Assembly: GCA_944350275.1 (NCBI GenBank)
Contig: CALVOK010000014.1
Span: 11,545-75,544, forward strand
Direction: 5' to 3'
Source: an uncultured Clostridia bacterium
GTDB lineage: Bacteria; Bacillota; Clostridia; Christensenellales; UBA1242
DNA length: 64,000 nucleotides
Shown here one piece after another: positions 19,719-29,119 of this stretch. Numbering within the stretch: the first letter of the stretch is position 1; each line of letters begins with the position of its first letter. A program made the position numbers and the translations under genes. Under the pieces are notes generated by a model. That model did no database searches. It had not been told where the DNA came from and saw only the letters and a program-made list of their open reading frames with translations.

Positions 19719-19786
19719 ATGTATATAGTAACAAAAAAGATGTCCATTGTCAAGCAAAGACACCTTTTTGAAAAATAATTTTTACT

Positions 19787-21541
19787 TTACCCTAATAGGT
19801 CACTATAACTGCCTGTATAAACGGTAATTGTGTAATTTCTTCGCAAGTATTCCATATTTACACTTTCATAGTTTGAGAAGTTATCAACAAAGAGTTCATC
19901 ATAAAGCACATCAAAATATGTTTTATCTACAAGTAGGTTTACTCTTGTGTTGTTAAGCACATTTATAGCCTCTTCGTCAAGTGTAAAGTTGCCTGTTATA
20001 CCATTGCCGAATAGGTTTTCACAAGCACCTGTATAGATTATAAGGTGAATTCCATATTCTGAATAGGCAATTTCCATATCACCAATTTGTCCCTTGCCAT
20101 TGTTGTAGAGTTTAAGTCCTGCCTCATTGAAAGAATCAACAAAACTTGAAACTGCATCGCCATTTGAATCAACACCAATGACATAGTTTGACTCGGCATT
20201 AAACATACCTGTATCTTCACCATAGGTGTAAATAAATTCATTTATTTTATCACCAATTGTGTTGATATCACCACCAGTTTTTGCCGTGGTAAGTTCTTGA
20301 GAAATTATCTTCTCTATATCGTCTACTGTGAGGTCTGACTCTATCTCCTCATAAACACCTGTCAACTCATTGTACTGTCTTACAACAGGTTTGATTTGTG
20401 AATAAAGTTCCTTGATATCCTCATCATATTGTGATGCAAAATAACTGCCATCATTATTCTCTAATTTTTCTGTAAGTTCTTCATATTTTGCCTGTTGCTG
20501 TTCGTCAAACATGAAAAGCACATTTGCAACTGTAAAGTATTTTGTTGAATCTTCATCAGTTTTAAAATAATATACATCATTCAAACTATCTTGAACGTCG
20601 CTATCATAGTCGCTGTCGCCCTCAATCATATATTGTACATAGTCTGACCTAACTTTATTTACATATAGGTTAACTATCTGAGACGGTGTTATTGAAGAAT
20701 CGTTTGTAGATGGATGACTATTGTATGAGTAGAGTTCGAGCAAATAGTTCTCATAAACGGTATTATAAAGTCTTTCAATCTCTCGCTCAAAAACTGACGG
20801 AGCATCTTTAGAAAGGTTTTGTCCTCTTTCACTTGAAAGAAGGTCATTTAGATAATTGTTGTATGCTCGTTTATAGTCATCATCAGACTGAAGAACAAAA
20901 TCTCTAAATCTTTCAAAAATCATTGCTCTATCTTCGCTATCATTAAAATCACGATTGTTTTTTGCTTTAAAATTTGCAAGAGGATGTTCATTCTCAGACA
21001 AACTTTCAATGGCATAATAACTATTGCCCTCGTCGTCATACCTAACAACAAGTGATGCGGTCTTATCATAGCCCTCAAAGGTTATCTCGTCCTCATTTTC
21101 TTCCTCTTCGGCACCTATAATACTCTCGTAATAAGAATTAAGGTTATCATTTAACGTATCTACAACTTGTTGCCAAAGATATGTTTTTTCAAGGTCACTT
21201 AATCCCTTGCCCTCTCTATTATAACCATACTCATCTTCGGCAGTAATTATTGTAATTTTGCGATTTTCAAGAAGTTCAATTGTCGTTTCAATAGCCTCTT
21301 GTCTTGAATAACCATAATACTGCTCATAGGTATATCCATAACTTGAATAGCCTGAAATCAAATCAAGTTTAGTTATCTCTTCTCTTCGTCCTGTTTTTTT
21401 GTTCTCAACTACAGCAACTACTTGGTCATAATATCTACTATAATCAGTTTCAACCAAAGAACACCCTGCAAGCAGTCCCATGCAAAGCAAACAAAAACTA
21501 AGTAAAATTCCAGTAAATTTCTTTTTCACAGTTTTTCCCAT
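19787..21541 (-). CDS. Large lipoprotein, possibly a divergent PrsA/SurA-like foldase
   Basis: I chose the start at 21541 (MGKTVKKK, RBS GGAGAG). Lipobox is LLAGC/S. The C-terminal EYGIHLIIYTG resembles a parvulin motif. Position downstream of mfd matches prsA in many Clostridia. The functional call is weak. Confidence 0.5.
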   Translation of the reverse strand: MGKTVKKKFTGILLSFCLLCMGLLAGCSLVETDYSRYYDQVVAVVENKKTGRREEITKLDLISGYSSYGYTYEQYYGYSRQEAIETTIELLENRKITIITAEDEYGYNREGKGLSDLEKTYLWQQVVDTLNDNLNSYYESIIGAEEEENEDEITFEGYDKTASLVVRYDDEGNSYYAIESLSENEHPLANFKAKNNRDFNDSEDRAMIFERFRDFVLQSDDDYKRAYNNYLNDLLSSERGQNLSKDAPSVFEREIERLYNTVYENYLLELYSYNSHPSTNDSSITPSQIVNLYVNKVRSDYVQYMIEGDSDYDSDVQDSLNDVYYFKTDEDSTKYFTVANVLFMFDEQQQAKYEELTEKLENNDGSYFASQYDEDIKELYSQIKPVVRQYNELTGVYEEIESDLTVDDIEKIISQELTTAKTGGDINTIGDKINEFIYTYGEDTGMFNAESNYVIGVDSNGDAVSSFVDSFNEAGLKLYNNGKGQIGDMEIAYSEYGIHLIIYTGACENLFGNGITGNFTLDEEAINVLNNTRVNLLVDKTYFDVLYDELFVDNFSNYESVNMEYLRRNYTITVYTGSYSDLLG

Positions 21542-21655
21542 TGTCTCTCCGTAATTGCAATTTTTTCGTACTCTTAAATATAACACATTTTTATCAACTT
21601 TATCAAACAATTTTAAGCATTTATCACAAAAATTATTCTTTTCCTGCTCAATTTT

Positions 21656-24600
21656 TTATCCATTAAGTGCTTTTTCAAAGAAACAGATAAGTTTTTCTAC
21701 CTTTGAAGCCACCGTGCAATTGAGGTCAAACTTAATCTTTACAGTGCTATCAAAGGCAAGTTTAGCAGAAAAATCATTTAAATATTTTGATAGTCTTGGG
21801 TCTATTATTTCCTCTTTTTTATCTAAAAATACCACCATTTCTGCCTTGTTTATTCTAATTTTGTTTATTCCAAAGTTACCAGCGAGATTTCTTAGATATG
21901 CAAGATGGCAGAGGTTAACAATCTCCTGCGGTGGCTGTCCATAACCATCTTTTAAACTTTGTAATATGTTTTTAAGTTCCTCATGCGTAGATATTTCACT
22001 TATTCTAGTATAGTAAACAATTCTTTGCTCATCATCTTGAATATACTCCTCGCTTATAAATGCACTGAGAGAAATTTCAAGTTTAACATCACTCTTTACC
22101 TCTACCTTTTCGCCCTTTATCTCTTTGACCTCTTCATCAAGAAGTTTTACAAACATATCATAACCAACCTTTGCAATATGGCCATGCTGTTCTTTACCGA
22201 AGATGTTTCCAGCACCTCTTATTTCAAGGTCTTTCATTGCAATTTTAAATCCACTGCCAAGTTGGCTAAATTCCTTTATTGCCTCAAGTCTCTTGTATGC
22301 ATCTTCGGTAAGATGTTTGTCTTTTACATAGGTAAGATAGGCATAACTTAGTCTATCACTTCGCCCAATTCGTCCACGAAGTTGATAAAGTTGACTTAGC
22401 CCTAACCTGTCCGCCTCAATTACAACCATAGTATTTGCAAGAGGAAGATTTATCCCATTTTCAACTAGAGTTGTTGAAACTAGCACATTGTAGTACCCTT
22501 GATAGAGCCTACTTATAACATTTTCAAGCAGTTTTTCTTGCATCTGACCGTGAGCGACTCCAATGCTGGCATTTGGAAGAAGTTTTCTTATATGTGAGGC
22601 AAACTCGTCAATTGTCTCCACCCTGTTGTAGATAACAAAAGCCTGTCCTCCACGTGCAATCTCTCGGCTAAGCACATCTTTAATAAGTTGGTCGCTCTCC
22701 TCGGCAAGATAGGTCTGTATTGGAAGTCTATCACGAGGTGGAGTCTCAATAACTGATATATCTCTTATTCCTGATAGCGACATATTAAGTGTCCTAGGAA
22801 TAGGCGTAGCAGAAAGTGTTAAACAGTCGACATTTCTGTGTTTATTCTTGATTTTCTCCTTATGTTCTACTCCAAAACGCTGTTCTTCATCAAGTATAAG
22901 AAGTCCAAGGTCGTGAAATTTCACCTTATCGCCAAGAAGTTTATGCGTGCCAATAAGCATATCAATCTCGCCCTCTTTTGTCCGCCTTATAATATCCTGC
23001 ACCTGCAAATTTGACTTAAACCTGTTTATAACCTCAACTCGCACACCGAAGGGTTCAAGTCGCTGTTTCGCTGACATAAAGTGTTGCTGAGAGAGTATTG
23101 TTGTAGGACAAAGAAGTGCAACCTGTTTGCCATTATATATACACTTAAATGCCCCTCGCAGTGCCACCTCAGTCTTGCCAAAACCGACGTCACCACAAAT
23201 AAGTCTATCCATAACCTTGTCACTTTCCATATCCTTATCAACGTCCATGATTGCTTTGAGTTGGTCAGGTGTCTCCTGATAGCCAAAGGCATCAGCGAAT
23301 TGTTTTTCAAGATAGTCATCTCTTGTAAATTTATAGCCCTTTAAACTTGCCCTTGCCCTATACATCTCAACAAGGTTTATTGCCATCTCTTTTATACTTG
23401 CTCGAACCCTTTGTTTTAAACGAGAAAACTCACCGCCACCAAGTGAGGATAGTTTTGGGTTTTCCTCGCTTCCAACGTATGCAGATATCGTGTTTGCCTC
23501 TTCACTTGGAAGATAAAGAATATCACCATTTTTATACTCAATGACAAAATAGTCCTTTGTAACATCAGATATCTTCATCCGCTCTATTTTTATACACTTT
23601 CCTATACCATGAAAGGTATGAACAACATAATCACCAAGTTTTGGAAGATAAAAAATAGAATGCTTGCTCTTAGAAAATGAGGTGTTTGTACTTCTGAAAA
23701 GGTTATCACAACCTATGCCTACAACTCCCTCCTTTAAAAATGAAAAACTATAAGGCATAGCAAGCGATGATAGATAAATCTCTCCTGTCTCTATCTTTTG
23801 ACCTGCAAAGTCGGTGTAGTTAAATCCATTCTCTTGCAAGAAGTTTTCAAGACTTGTTTTGTGTCTGTCACTTCCTGCAAATAATATTATTCCCTGCCTA
23901 AGATTTCTAAAATCAATCAAATCTTGTTTAAGCATTAAAAAATCGGTGAGATAACTCTGCTCGGCAACTTTTTCGTTGTGGTAGTCCACTCTTGCCGTTT
24001 GAAAATTGTCAAAAATAATATCTGCACCTTTATATAGAGTCTCAAACTTCTCGTAGTTTTCCTCTTTATAAAAAGACATTGCCGAATAAGACTCTCTCAA
24101 AAGCGAAATTTCTTCCTCTATTTTTTTAGGCTCATCAAGTAACACTTTTCCATCAAGGTCTAGCACATTGTTCTTTCCAAGAGGCAAAAGTGCAAGAGGA
24201 ATATCAACTCTGTCCACCTTTTCAATGTTCTTCATGGTGTTTTGGTCAAAAATAGATATGTTTTCAACTAAATCATCAAAAAACTCTATCCTATATGGAC
24301 TGTCATTTGATGGTGAAAAAATATCCAAAATATCCCCTCTTAAAGCAAACTCGCCAGGATTTGAGACAATACTTGTTCTCTCATAACCATGTGCGACAAG
24401 ATGGTTTGTTAACTCCTGTAAACTATAATTTTGATTTTTGTTTATTTCTATTTTCTTAAATTTTTCTAGGTCAAATTTAATTATCATTGAACACGGCAAA
24501 AATATAAGCACATCAATTTGCCCTGCAATATACCTGTCAAGGCTCTCAATAAATGGCAGTAGGTTTTTGTCATGTTCGTCATCATTCTCTCTCGCACTTG

Positions 24601-24787
24601 CGACAATCTCTACTTTCTTTCCAAATGCTTCAAGTCCCTTTTTAATTTTTCCAGCACTGACAAAACTTGAACACAAAAAAATCAGGTGAGACATCGTTTG
24701 CATAATCATAATTTTCTCACCCTCGCTCGTATTAGATATGCTCCTGCAATCAAGCAAGTTTTTTAATTCATTTTCAAGGTATTTCAT
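21656..24787 (-). CDS. mfd: Transcription-repair coupling factor Mfd
   Basis: Contains a CarD/TRG-like region, helicase motifs GDVGFGKTEVA, DEEQRFGV and SATPIPRT, and a TRCF C-terminal domain. An alternative start at 24709 has a stronger RBS (GAGGGTGAG). Confidence 0.9.
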   Translation of the reverse strand: MKYLENELKNLLDCRSISNTSEGEKIMIMQTMSHLIFLCSSFVSAGKIKKGLEAFGKKVEIVASARENDDEHDKNLLPFIESLDRYIAGQIDVLIFLPCSMIIKFDLEKFKKIEINKNQNYSLQELTNHLVAHGYERTSIVSNPGEFALRGDILDIFSPSNDSPYRIEFFDDLVENISIFDQNTMKNIEKVDRVDIPLALLPLGKNNVLDLDGKVLLDEPKKIEEEISLLRESYSAMSFYKEENYEKFETLYKGADIIFDNFQTARVDYHNEKVAEQSYLTDFLMLKQDLIDFRNLRQGIILFAGSDRHKTSLENFLQENGFNYTDFAGQKIETGEIYLSSLAMPYSFSFLKEGVVGIGCDNLFRSTNTSFSKSKHSIFYLPKLGDYVVHTFHGIGKCIKIERMKISDVTKDYFVIEYKNGDILYLPSEEANTISAYVGSEENPKLSSLGGGEFSRLKQRVRASIKEMAINLVEMYRARASLKGYKFTRDDYLEKQFADAFGYQETPDQLKAIMDVDKDMESDKVMDRLICGDVGFGKTEVALRGAFKCIYNGKQVALLCPTTILSQQHFMSAKQRLEPFGVRVEVINRFKSNLQVQDIIRRTKEGEIDMLIGTHKLLGDKVKFHDLGLLILDEEQRFGVEHKEKIKNKHRNVDCLTLSATPIPRTLNMSLSGIRDISVIETPPRDRLPIQTYLAEESDQLIKDVLSREIARGGQAFVIYNRVETIDEFASHIRKLLPNASIGVAHGQMQEKLLENVISRLYQGYYNVLVSTTLVENGINLPLANTMVVIEADRLGLSQLYQLRGRIGRSDRLSYAYLTYVKDKHLTEDAYKRLEAIKEFSQLGSGFKIAMKDLEIRGAGNIFGKEQHGHIAKVGYDMFVKLLDEEVKEIKGEKVEVKSDVKLEISLSAFISEEYIQDDEQRIVYYTRISEISTHEELKNILQSLKDGYGQPPQEIVNLCHLAYLRNLAGNFGINKIRINKAEMVVFLDKKEEIIDPRLSKYLNDFSAKLAFDSTVKIKFDLNCTVASKVEKLICFFEKALNG

Positions 24788-25024
24788 CTGCTTAATTTTT
24801 ATATTTTTAAATTATTTTAAATTTGACTTTTTGTTTGTTTTATATGGATTTTTTTATTTATTTTTATGTTTTTTATTTTGTATTTTATAAACTTTTATGC
24901 TTATATTTTTATGTTTTTTATTTTCCCTAAACTTTTATTTTTTCACTCTTCTTTTTTATTTTTTATTTTATTATAGTTTATACTTCTTCCTTATAAACTT
25001 TTATTTTTTCGTTTTTTTTCTTTT

Positions 25025-25537
25025 TTATTTTATTTTCTCAAGTATCATTTCCCCTGCCTCTTTGACTGCTCTTGCAAAAAGTTCTTTTTCATCAGGTTTT
25101 ATATTTGACAGAACATAGTCAGCAAGGTCTTTAGTTTCATCTCTGCCTATACCCACTCTCACTCTCTCAAAGTCCTCACCTATATAATAGGTTATTGAGC
25201 GGAGTCCGTTATGCGTTCCCGACTTGCCATGTTCTCTATATCTTATCTTGCCTTTTGGGAGGTCTATATCATCAACGGCGACAATAATTCGTCCGTCTTT
25301 ATATTTCTTTTTTAGCATTACAACTGCCTCACCGCTGTTGTTCATATAAGTTGACGGCTTTACAAGCATGATAGGTTTTCCATTATAAAAACCCTGTCCT
25401 ATCTGCGACTTAAATTTTTCTTTATCAATCTTAATATCAAGTTTTTTTGCAATGTAATCTACCACCATAAACCCAATGTTGTGAAATGTGTTTCTATACT
25501 GAATGCCTATATTTCCAAGTCCTACAATAATAATCAT
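25025..25537 (-). CDS. pth: Peptidyl-tRNA hydrolase
   Basis: Motifs GLGNIGIQYRNTFHNIGF and GTHNGLRS. The start overlaps the upstream stop (TAATG). Confidence 0.9.
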   Translation of the reverse strand: MIIIVGLGNIGIQYRNTFHNIGFMVVDYIAKKLDIKIDKEKFKSQIGQGFYNGKPIMLVKPSTYMNNSGEAVVMLKKKYKDGRIIVAVDDIDLPKGKIRYREHGKSGTHNGLRSITYYIGEDFERVRVGIGRDETKDLADYVLSNIKPDEKELFARAVKEAGEMILEKIK

Positions 25538-26397
25538 TATAACTCCTGCCCTATAATCTTAGAGAAAGGCTCTATTCTGTTTCCAGAATTTACCTTGCTG
25601 TTTTCAATGTAACAACAACTCAATTTGACGTTTGGAGAAATTATACTGTCCTTTATGATGTTTCCGCTTTCTAAAACGACATTTTCAGCAATAATACTTT
25701 GACCTTTAATTATATTGTTTGGATAGATTACAACACCATTTTCTATCTCAACGTCGGCATCAATAAAGACGGTGTTTTGTCCGTATATAATAACACCATT
25801 TTTTATGTGGTAACTGATAATTTTGTTATAGATTAAACTGCTTGCGTAGTTTATTGCCTTTGCACTATCCATAATGATTAGACATTTATCGTCAAGTTCG
25901 CTTGAGCCTTGTGCAATAGAATAGTTACTTCTCAGAAACTCTGTTTTAACTAAAAAACCTCGAGAGAGTTTTAAAAAGTTCATATTTCTTGATGAAAAAT
26001 ACTCACAAAATTTATTAAATGACACCTTATTAAGAAGTGGTGTATCGCTATAAAAAACAGCAATTATCTTTTTGTCCGTGTTTATTCCTCTCACTCTTTC
26101 AATTATATTTGGAGTATCTTCAATGATTTTAGTCTCGCATCCACTCCCAGCGTTTACCACCCAGTCAAGCATCTTCTTTCCGCATATAGAAAGGTTGGGC
26201 ATATCCTTTACAACGTCATTGTGATATGCTTTAACAACGACAAAAAGCACCTCCTCTTTAATCCAATCAAAATTTACCGCTTTTATAAGAGTGCTTGTAA
26301 AAGGCGACTCCTCAATCGTTTGGTCAACATCGAGGGCATCAAAATCAATTTTTATTTGGTTTTTAGCAACCATTATACCTATATCTTCATTTTCCAT
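25537..26397 (-). CDS. GlmU-like protein: degenerate nucleotidyltransferase fold plus short left-handed beta-helix
   Basis: ICGKKMLDWVV and VFYSDTPLL resemble GlmU motifs, and the C-terminus has hexapeptide repeats (GVIIYGQNTVFIDADVEIENGVVIYPNNIIKG...). There is no LxxGxGTR(M) loop, and length is 286 aa against about 450 aa for GlmU. Confidence 0.55.
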   Translation of the reverse strand: MENEDIGIMVAKNQIKIDFDALDVDQTIEESPFTSTLIKAVNFDWIKEEVLFVVVKAYHNDVVKDMPNLSICGKKMLDWVVNAGSGCETKIIEDTPNIIERVRGINTDKKIIAVFYSDTPLLNKVSFNKFCEYFSSRNMNFLKLSRGFLVKTEFLRSNYSIAQGSSELDDKCLIIMDSAKAINYASSLIYNKIISYHIKNGVIIYGQNTVFIDADVEIENGVVIYPNNIIKGQSIIAENVVLESGNIIKDSIISPNVKLSCCYIENSKVNSGNRIEPFSKIIGQEL

Positions 26398-26403
26398 ATT
26401 TTA

Positions 26404-26432
26404 AGTATAAATATTTTACAAATATTTGTCAA
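26404..26432 (-). promoter_or_regulatory. Sigma-A promoter (TTGACA, 17 nt, TATACT) of the glmU-like/pth/mfd unit, spaced for a leaderless start
   Basis: rc of 26427-26432 is TTGACA and rc of 26404-26409 is TATACT. The ATG at 26397 is 6 nt after the -10. A second TTGACA lies at 26440-26445 (rc). Confidence 0.5.
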
Positions 26433-26659
26433 GAATATTTGTCAATAATAATATCATCTTGTTATGAAATGCAGAAGTGAATATAAGCACAAAAGACTAT
26501 TAATACAACACTAAATTAATAAAAAATAAACAAAAGTTTAATAAAAATTCAAAAATTTATAAAAACATTTTTTTATTTTTAAATATTATGCTATTATTTT
26601 TATATAAAAATTAAATGTTAACCTAAAATTAGAAAAATTTATGCAAAAAGGAGAAATTT

Positions 26660-27757
26660 ATGCAAAAAAGTAAAAATATGTTTATTTTTTTTGTGACGGC
26701 ACTTCTTGTTTGCTTGACAATGCTTGCTTGCTTTTCCCCGTCATTTAGTTATATCTCGCTTTCAAAAGAGACCATGCTTGCAGATGATTCTCAACTTCCA
26801 CGTGCAAATACTTTGGCAGGCGAATTTGATATAAGTATCATCCCTCGTAACAGTAGCAATATAACTCTGCAGGGACCATATGATTATGCTGATAGTCAGG
26901 CATATAGAGTAAATTGGGCAGATGCACAATCTTTTTCAATCTCCTTTGTATGTGATGACAGTAATCCTCCACCACTTAATGCACTCGACCCAGAAAATCC
27001 TAATACCTATGTATTTTCTATAAGAGTTTACTACTCAAAATCTTATTTTGAAGCGAATAACTTTGAAGATGTGCAGTATTTTGAAGATATTTATACATTT
27101 ACTTCCAGCGACTATCATGATTTTGCAACAATTGACTATCAACTAAATATCGACAACTTCCTTGGAAGTGATGTAAACTGGGGTATATATAGATTTGTCG
27201 TTGATATAAATAGTGCTGAGTCCGTATCACTTTACTATGCAATTGAACCTACTAGAGTGGTTGCAGAATTACCTCAAATTTCTTATGACACACCATCAAG
27301 TGCGACTGGTTCGCTACAAAATTTATACAGTTTTTATCTATTAAATGAAAGTGCTTTTAGATTTGTTGATAAACGTAACCTCACTTGGTACGTCTATGGT
27401 CAAACTATTGACGGAAGAAAATATGCACTGACCTATGCCGACCTTGGAAATGAATATTTTAGAGAACTCAACTGCACAGAGACCCTTTGGGATAGTTATG
27501 AGGGAGGAGAGCGAAATGGAACCACTTTCGACCTCGAAATAAACGACCTTTACGGCACTTGGCAGGTTTGGTGTGTGTATGACTATAATGGCACCTCCTC
27601 GTCTATGCCAGACCAAAATAACATAATAGAATTGCGTATCAATGCACCTTTTGATTATATAAATGTTTTGTATATAATTTTAGGTATTTGCGGTTTCTTC
27701 CTTATTCTCACCATAATAATTATCATTGTAAAAATTAAGAAAGAAAAAGTATGGTAA
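26660..27757 (+). CDS. Hypothetical exported protein with C-terminal TM anchor
   Basis: RBS AAAGGAGAA. It has an N-terminal signal (…LTMLACFS) and a C-terminal helix VLYIILGICGFFLILTIIIIIV followed by KIKKEK. Confidence 0.7.
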   Translation: MQKSKNMFIFFVTALLVCLTMLACFSPSFSYISLSKETMLADDSQLPRANTLAGEFDISIIPRNSSNITLQGPYDYADSQAYRVNWADAQSFSISFVCDDSNPPPLNALDPENPNTYVFSIRVYYSKSYFEANNFEDVQYFEDIYTFTSSDYHDFATIDYQLNIDNFLGSDVNWGIYRFVVDINSAESVSLYYAIEPTRVVAELPQISYDTPSSATGSLQNLYSFYLLNESAFRFVDKRNLTWYVYGQTIDGRKYALTYADLGNEYFRELNCTETLWDSYEGGERNGTTFDLEINDLYGTWQVWCVYDYNGTSSSMPDQNNIIELRINAPFDYINVLYIILGICGFFLILTIIIIIVKIKKEKVW

Positions 27758-27783
27758 TTGACTTAATTTGATATTAATACGCA

Positions 27784-27828
27784 AAAAAACTTAATATTGA
27801 GGTATCCCTCATATTAAGTTTTTATTTT
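27784..27828 (+). terminator. Intrinsic terminator
   Basis: About 12-bp stem cttaatattgagg / cctcatattaag (one bulge), loop tatc, then TTTTTATTTT. Confidence 0.7.
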
Positions 27829-27876
27829 GCATAAAAAAGATGTAAAAATTATCTCAATAAGAAAAATTTTTCGGTC

Positions 27877-27897
27877 GCGACGTTTTTTACAGCCTGA
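27877..27897 (+). repeat. Copy A of a short intergenic motif GCGACG-T6-ACAGCCTGA
   Basis: It matches the rc of 60315-60336 at all but one inserted C, and more loosely the rc of 51601-51622. Confidence 0.6.
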
Positions 27898-27914
27898 GTT
27901 ATCAAAAATATCTT

Positions 27915-28310
27915 CTATAACACATTATGCCAATTCGCCCCCATAAAATGCAGATAACTATGACAATAGAACTTTATTTGTTCTATAGAGACCTTAAACC
28001 CATCGACATCATCACTTGCTATGTATAGTTTTAATTTTGCTATCTCCACCCCTATCTCTTGGATATTTTTATGGTTGACCATAAAGCACATATTCTCTTC
28101 GTTCTCAGTCCAATCGTATTCAAGATTATCAACCGCCAAGGTTATATCCATATTTTTTAAATGGTCGTAACTGTCCAAAAGAGATTCTATTTCATAGCAA
28201 TCTGTTTGAACCTGACGAAGAGAATTTGATACCACCAAATCTTCGGCAAAACATATTCCTACAAGTAAAATTACTATCAAAATAAAATTCATATAGTGAA
28301 AAAACTTCAT
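27915..28310 (-). CDS. DUF4363 family protein
   Basis: 131-aa ORF with an N-terminal anchor and a C-terminal ...WHNVL. It overlaps the DUF421 gene by 4 nt, the usual pairing. Confidence 0.65.
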   Translation of the reverse strand: MKFFHYMNFILIVILLVGICFAEDLVVSNSLRQVQTDCYEIESLLDSYDHLKNMDITLAVDNLEYDWTENEENMCFMVNHKNIQEIGVEIAKLKLYIASDDVDGFKVSIEQIKFYCHSYLHFMGANWHNVL

Positions 28311-29020
28311 TTCTTCACCTCTATCTGAAAAGATTTACCCTCGCCCTTTTTAGATTGAAAGTATCCCTGCCCTGTCTTATCTAGTGTAAGAAGAAGTGTG
28401 TCTTTTATAGATTGTTTGCCACTGCCATTTTCGTCAATCATATTTTGAATATCTTGCTCGCTGACTCCTGCGAGAGCAATATTGTCTTTGATAACCTTTC
28501 CGTCACTCACTAAAATTATAGGCAGATAATTATCTTCGGCATTTGTTTTTAAGTCGGCATTTGTAACAGGAGAAAAGTCCGCTTTTGGCATAACTGATAC
28601 CTTTCCGTTTGTCTCCATAATGGCATATTGGACTTGTGAGATACTAAAATAACCACACTCTCTTAGTGCCTCAAATATATCATCTGTTGAGAGGTTTAAT
28701 TTTTTCATAGCCTGGTAGTCAATGCCCTTTGGATTGACAATTATGACAGGCTTGCCACTTATAACTTTGCTGAAAAAATGACTACTACGACTGATAAGTG
28801 TCAAAACAAAATGAAGAACGACAAGCGTCAAAAGAGGTACCACTCCGTGAAGTACAGGAACAGACACCTCTGCCATTGGTATTGTAGCAAGGTCGGCAAT
28901 AATTAAAGTAAGGACAAGTTCGAAAGGTTGCATTTGCCCTAGTTGACGCTTGCCCATAAGTCTAAAAACTAAAAGAACAATTAAATATATAATTATTGAC
29001 CTGACAATTATTGTAAGCAT
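28307..29020 (-). CDS. DUF421 (YetF-like) membrane protein
   Basis: MGKRQLGQMQPFELVLTLIIADLA is the DUF421 signature region. There are three N-terminal TM helices. Confidence 0.75.
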   Translation of the reverse strand: MLTIIVRSIIIYLIVLLVFRLMGKRQLGQMQPFELVLTLIIADLATIPMAEVSVPVLHGVVPLLTLVVLHFVLTLISRSSHFFSKVISGKPVIIVNPKGIDYQAMKKLNLSTDDIFEALRECGYFSISQVQYAIMETNGKVSVMPKADFSPVTNADLKTNAEDNYLPIILVSDGKVIKDNIALAGVSEQDIQNMIDENGSGKQSIKDTLLLTLDKTGQGYFQSKKGEGKSFQIEVKK

Positions 29021-29119
29021 AATTTATTTTGTGCATTTTTTCTTAATTATACAAATTTTATTGTTTTTTTAACTTTTATTTATTAGTTTTTATATATTTT
29101 TTTAATTTTTCCTCTTAAA

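Noticed and set aside
24788-25024. 237-nt extremely T-rich spacer between pth and mfd with TAAACTTTTAT recurring three times, considered as a repeat array or CRISPR-like locus. Similar T-rich blocks lie at 29021-29119 and 30882-31004.
   Set aside because: There are no regular repeat-spacer units. The composition is simple A/T tracts typical of curved promoter-upstream DNA in AT-rich Firmicutes. The 11-mer recurrence is weak evidence at this base composition.
26636-26668. Duplicated aaatttatgcaaaaa creating a 10-codon upstream ORF before the 26660 gene
   Set aside because: The upstream ATG is out of frame and lacks an RBS. The second copy, preceded by AAAGGAGAA, is the real start. This is probably a trivial local duplication.
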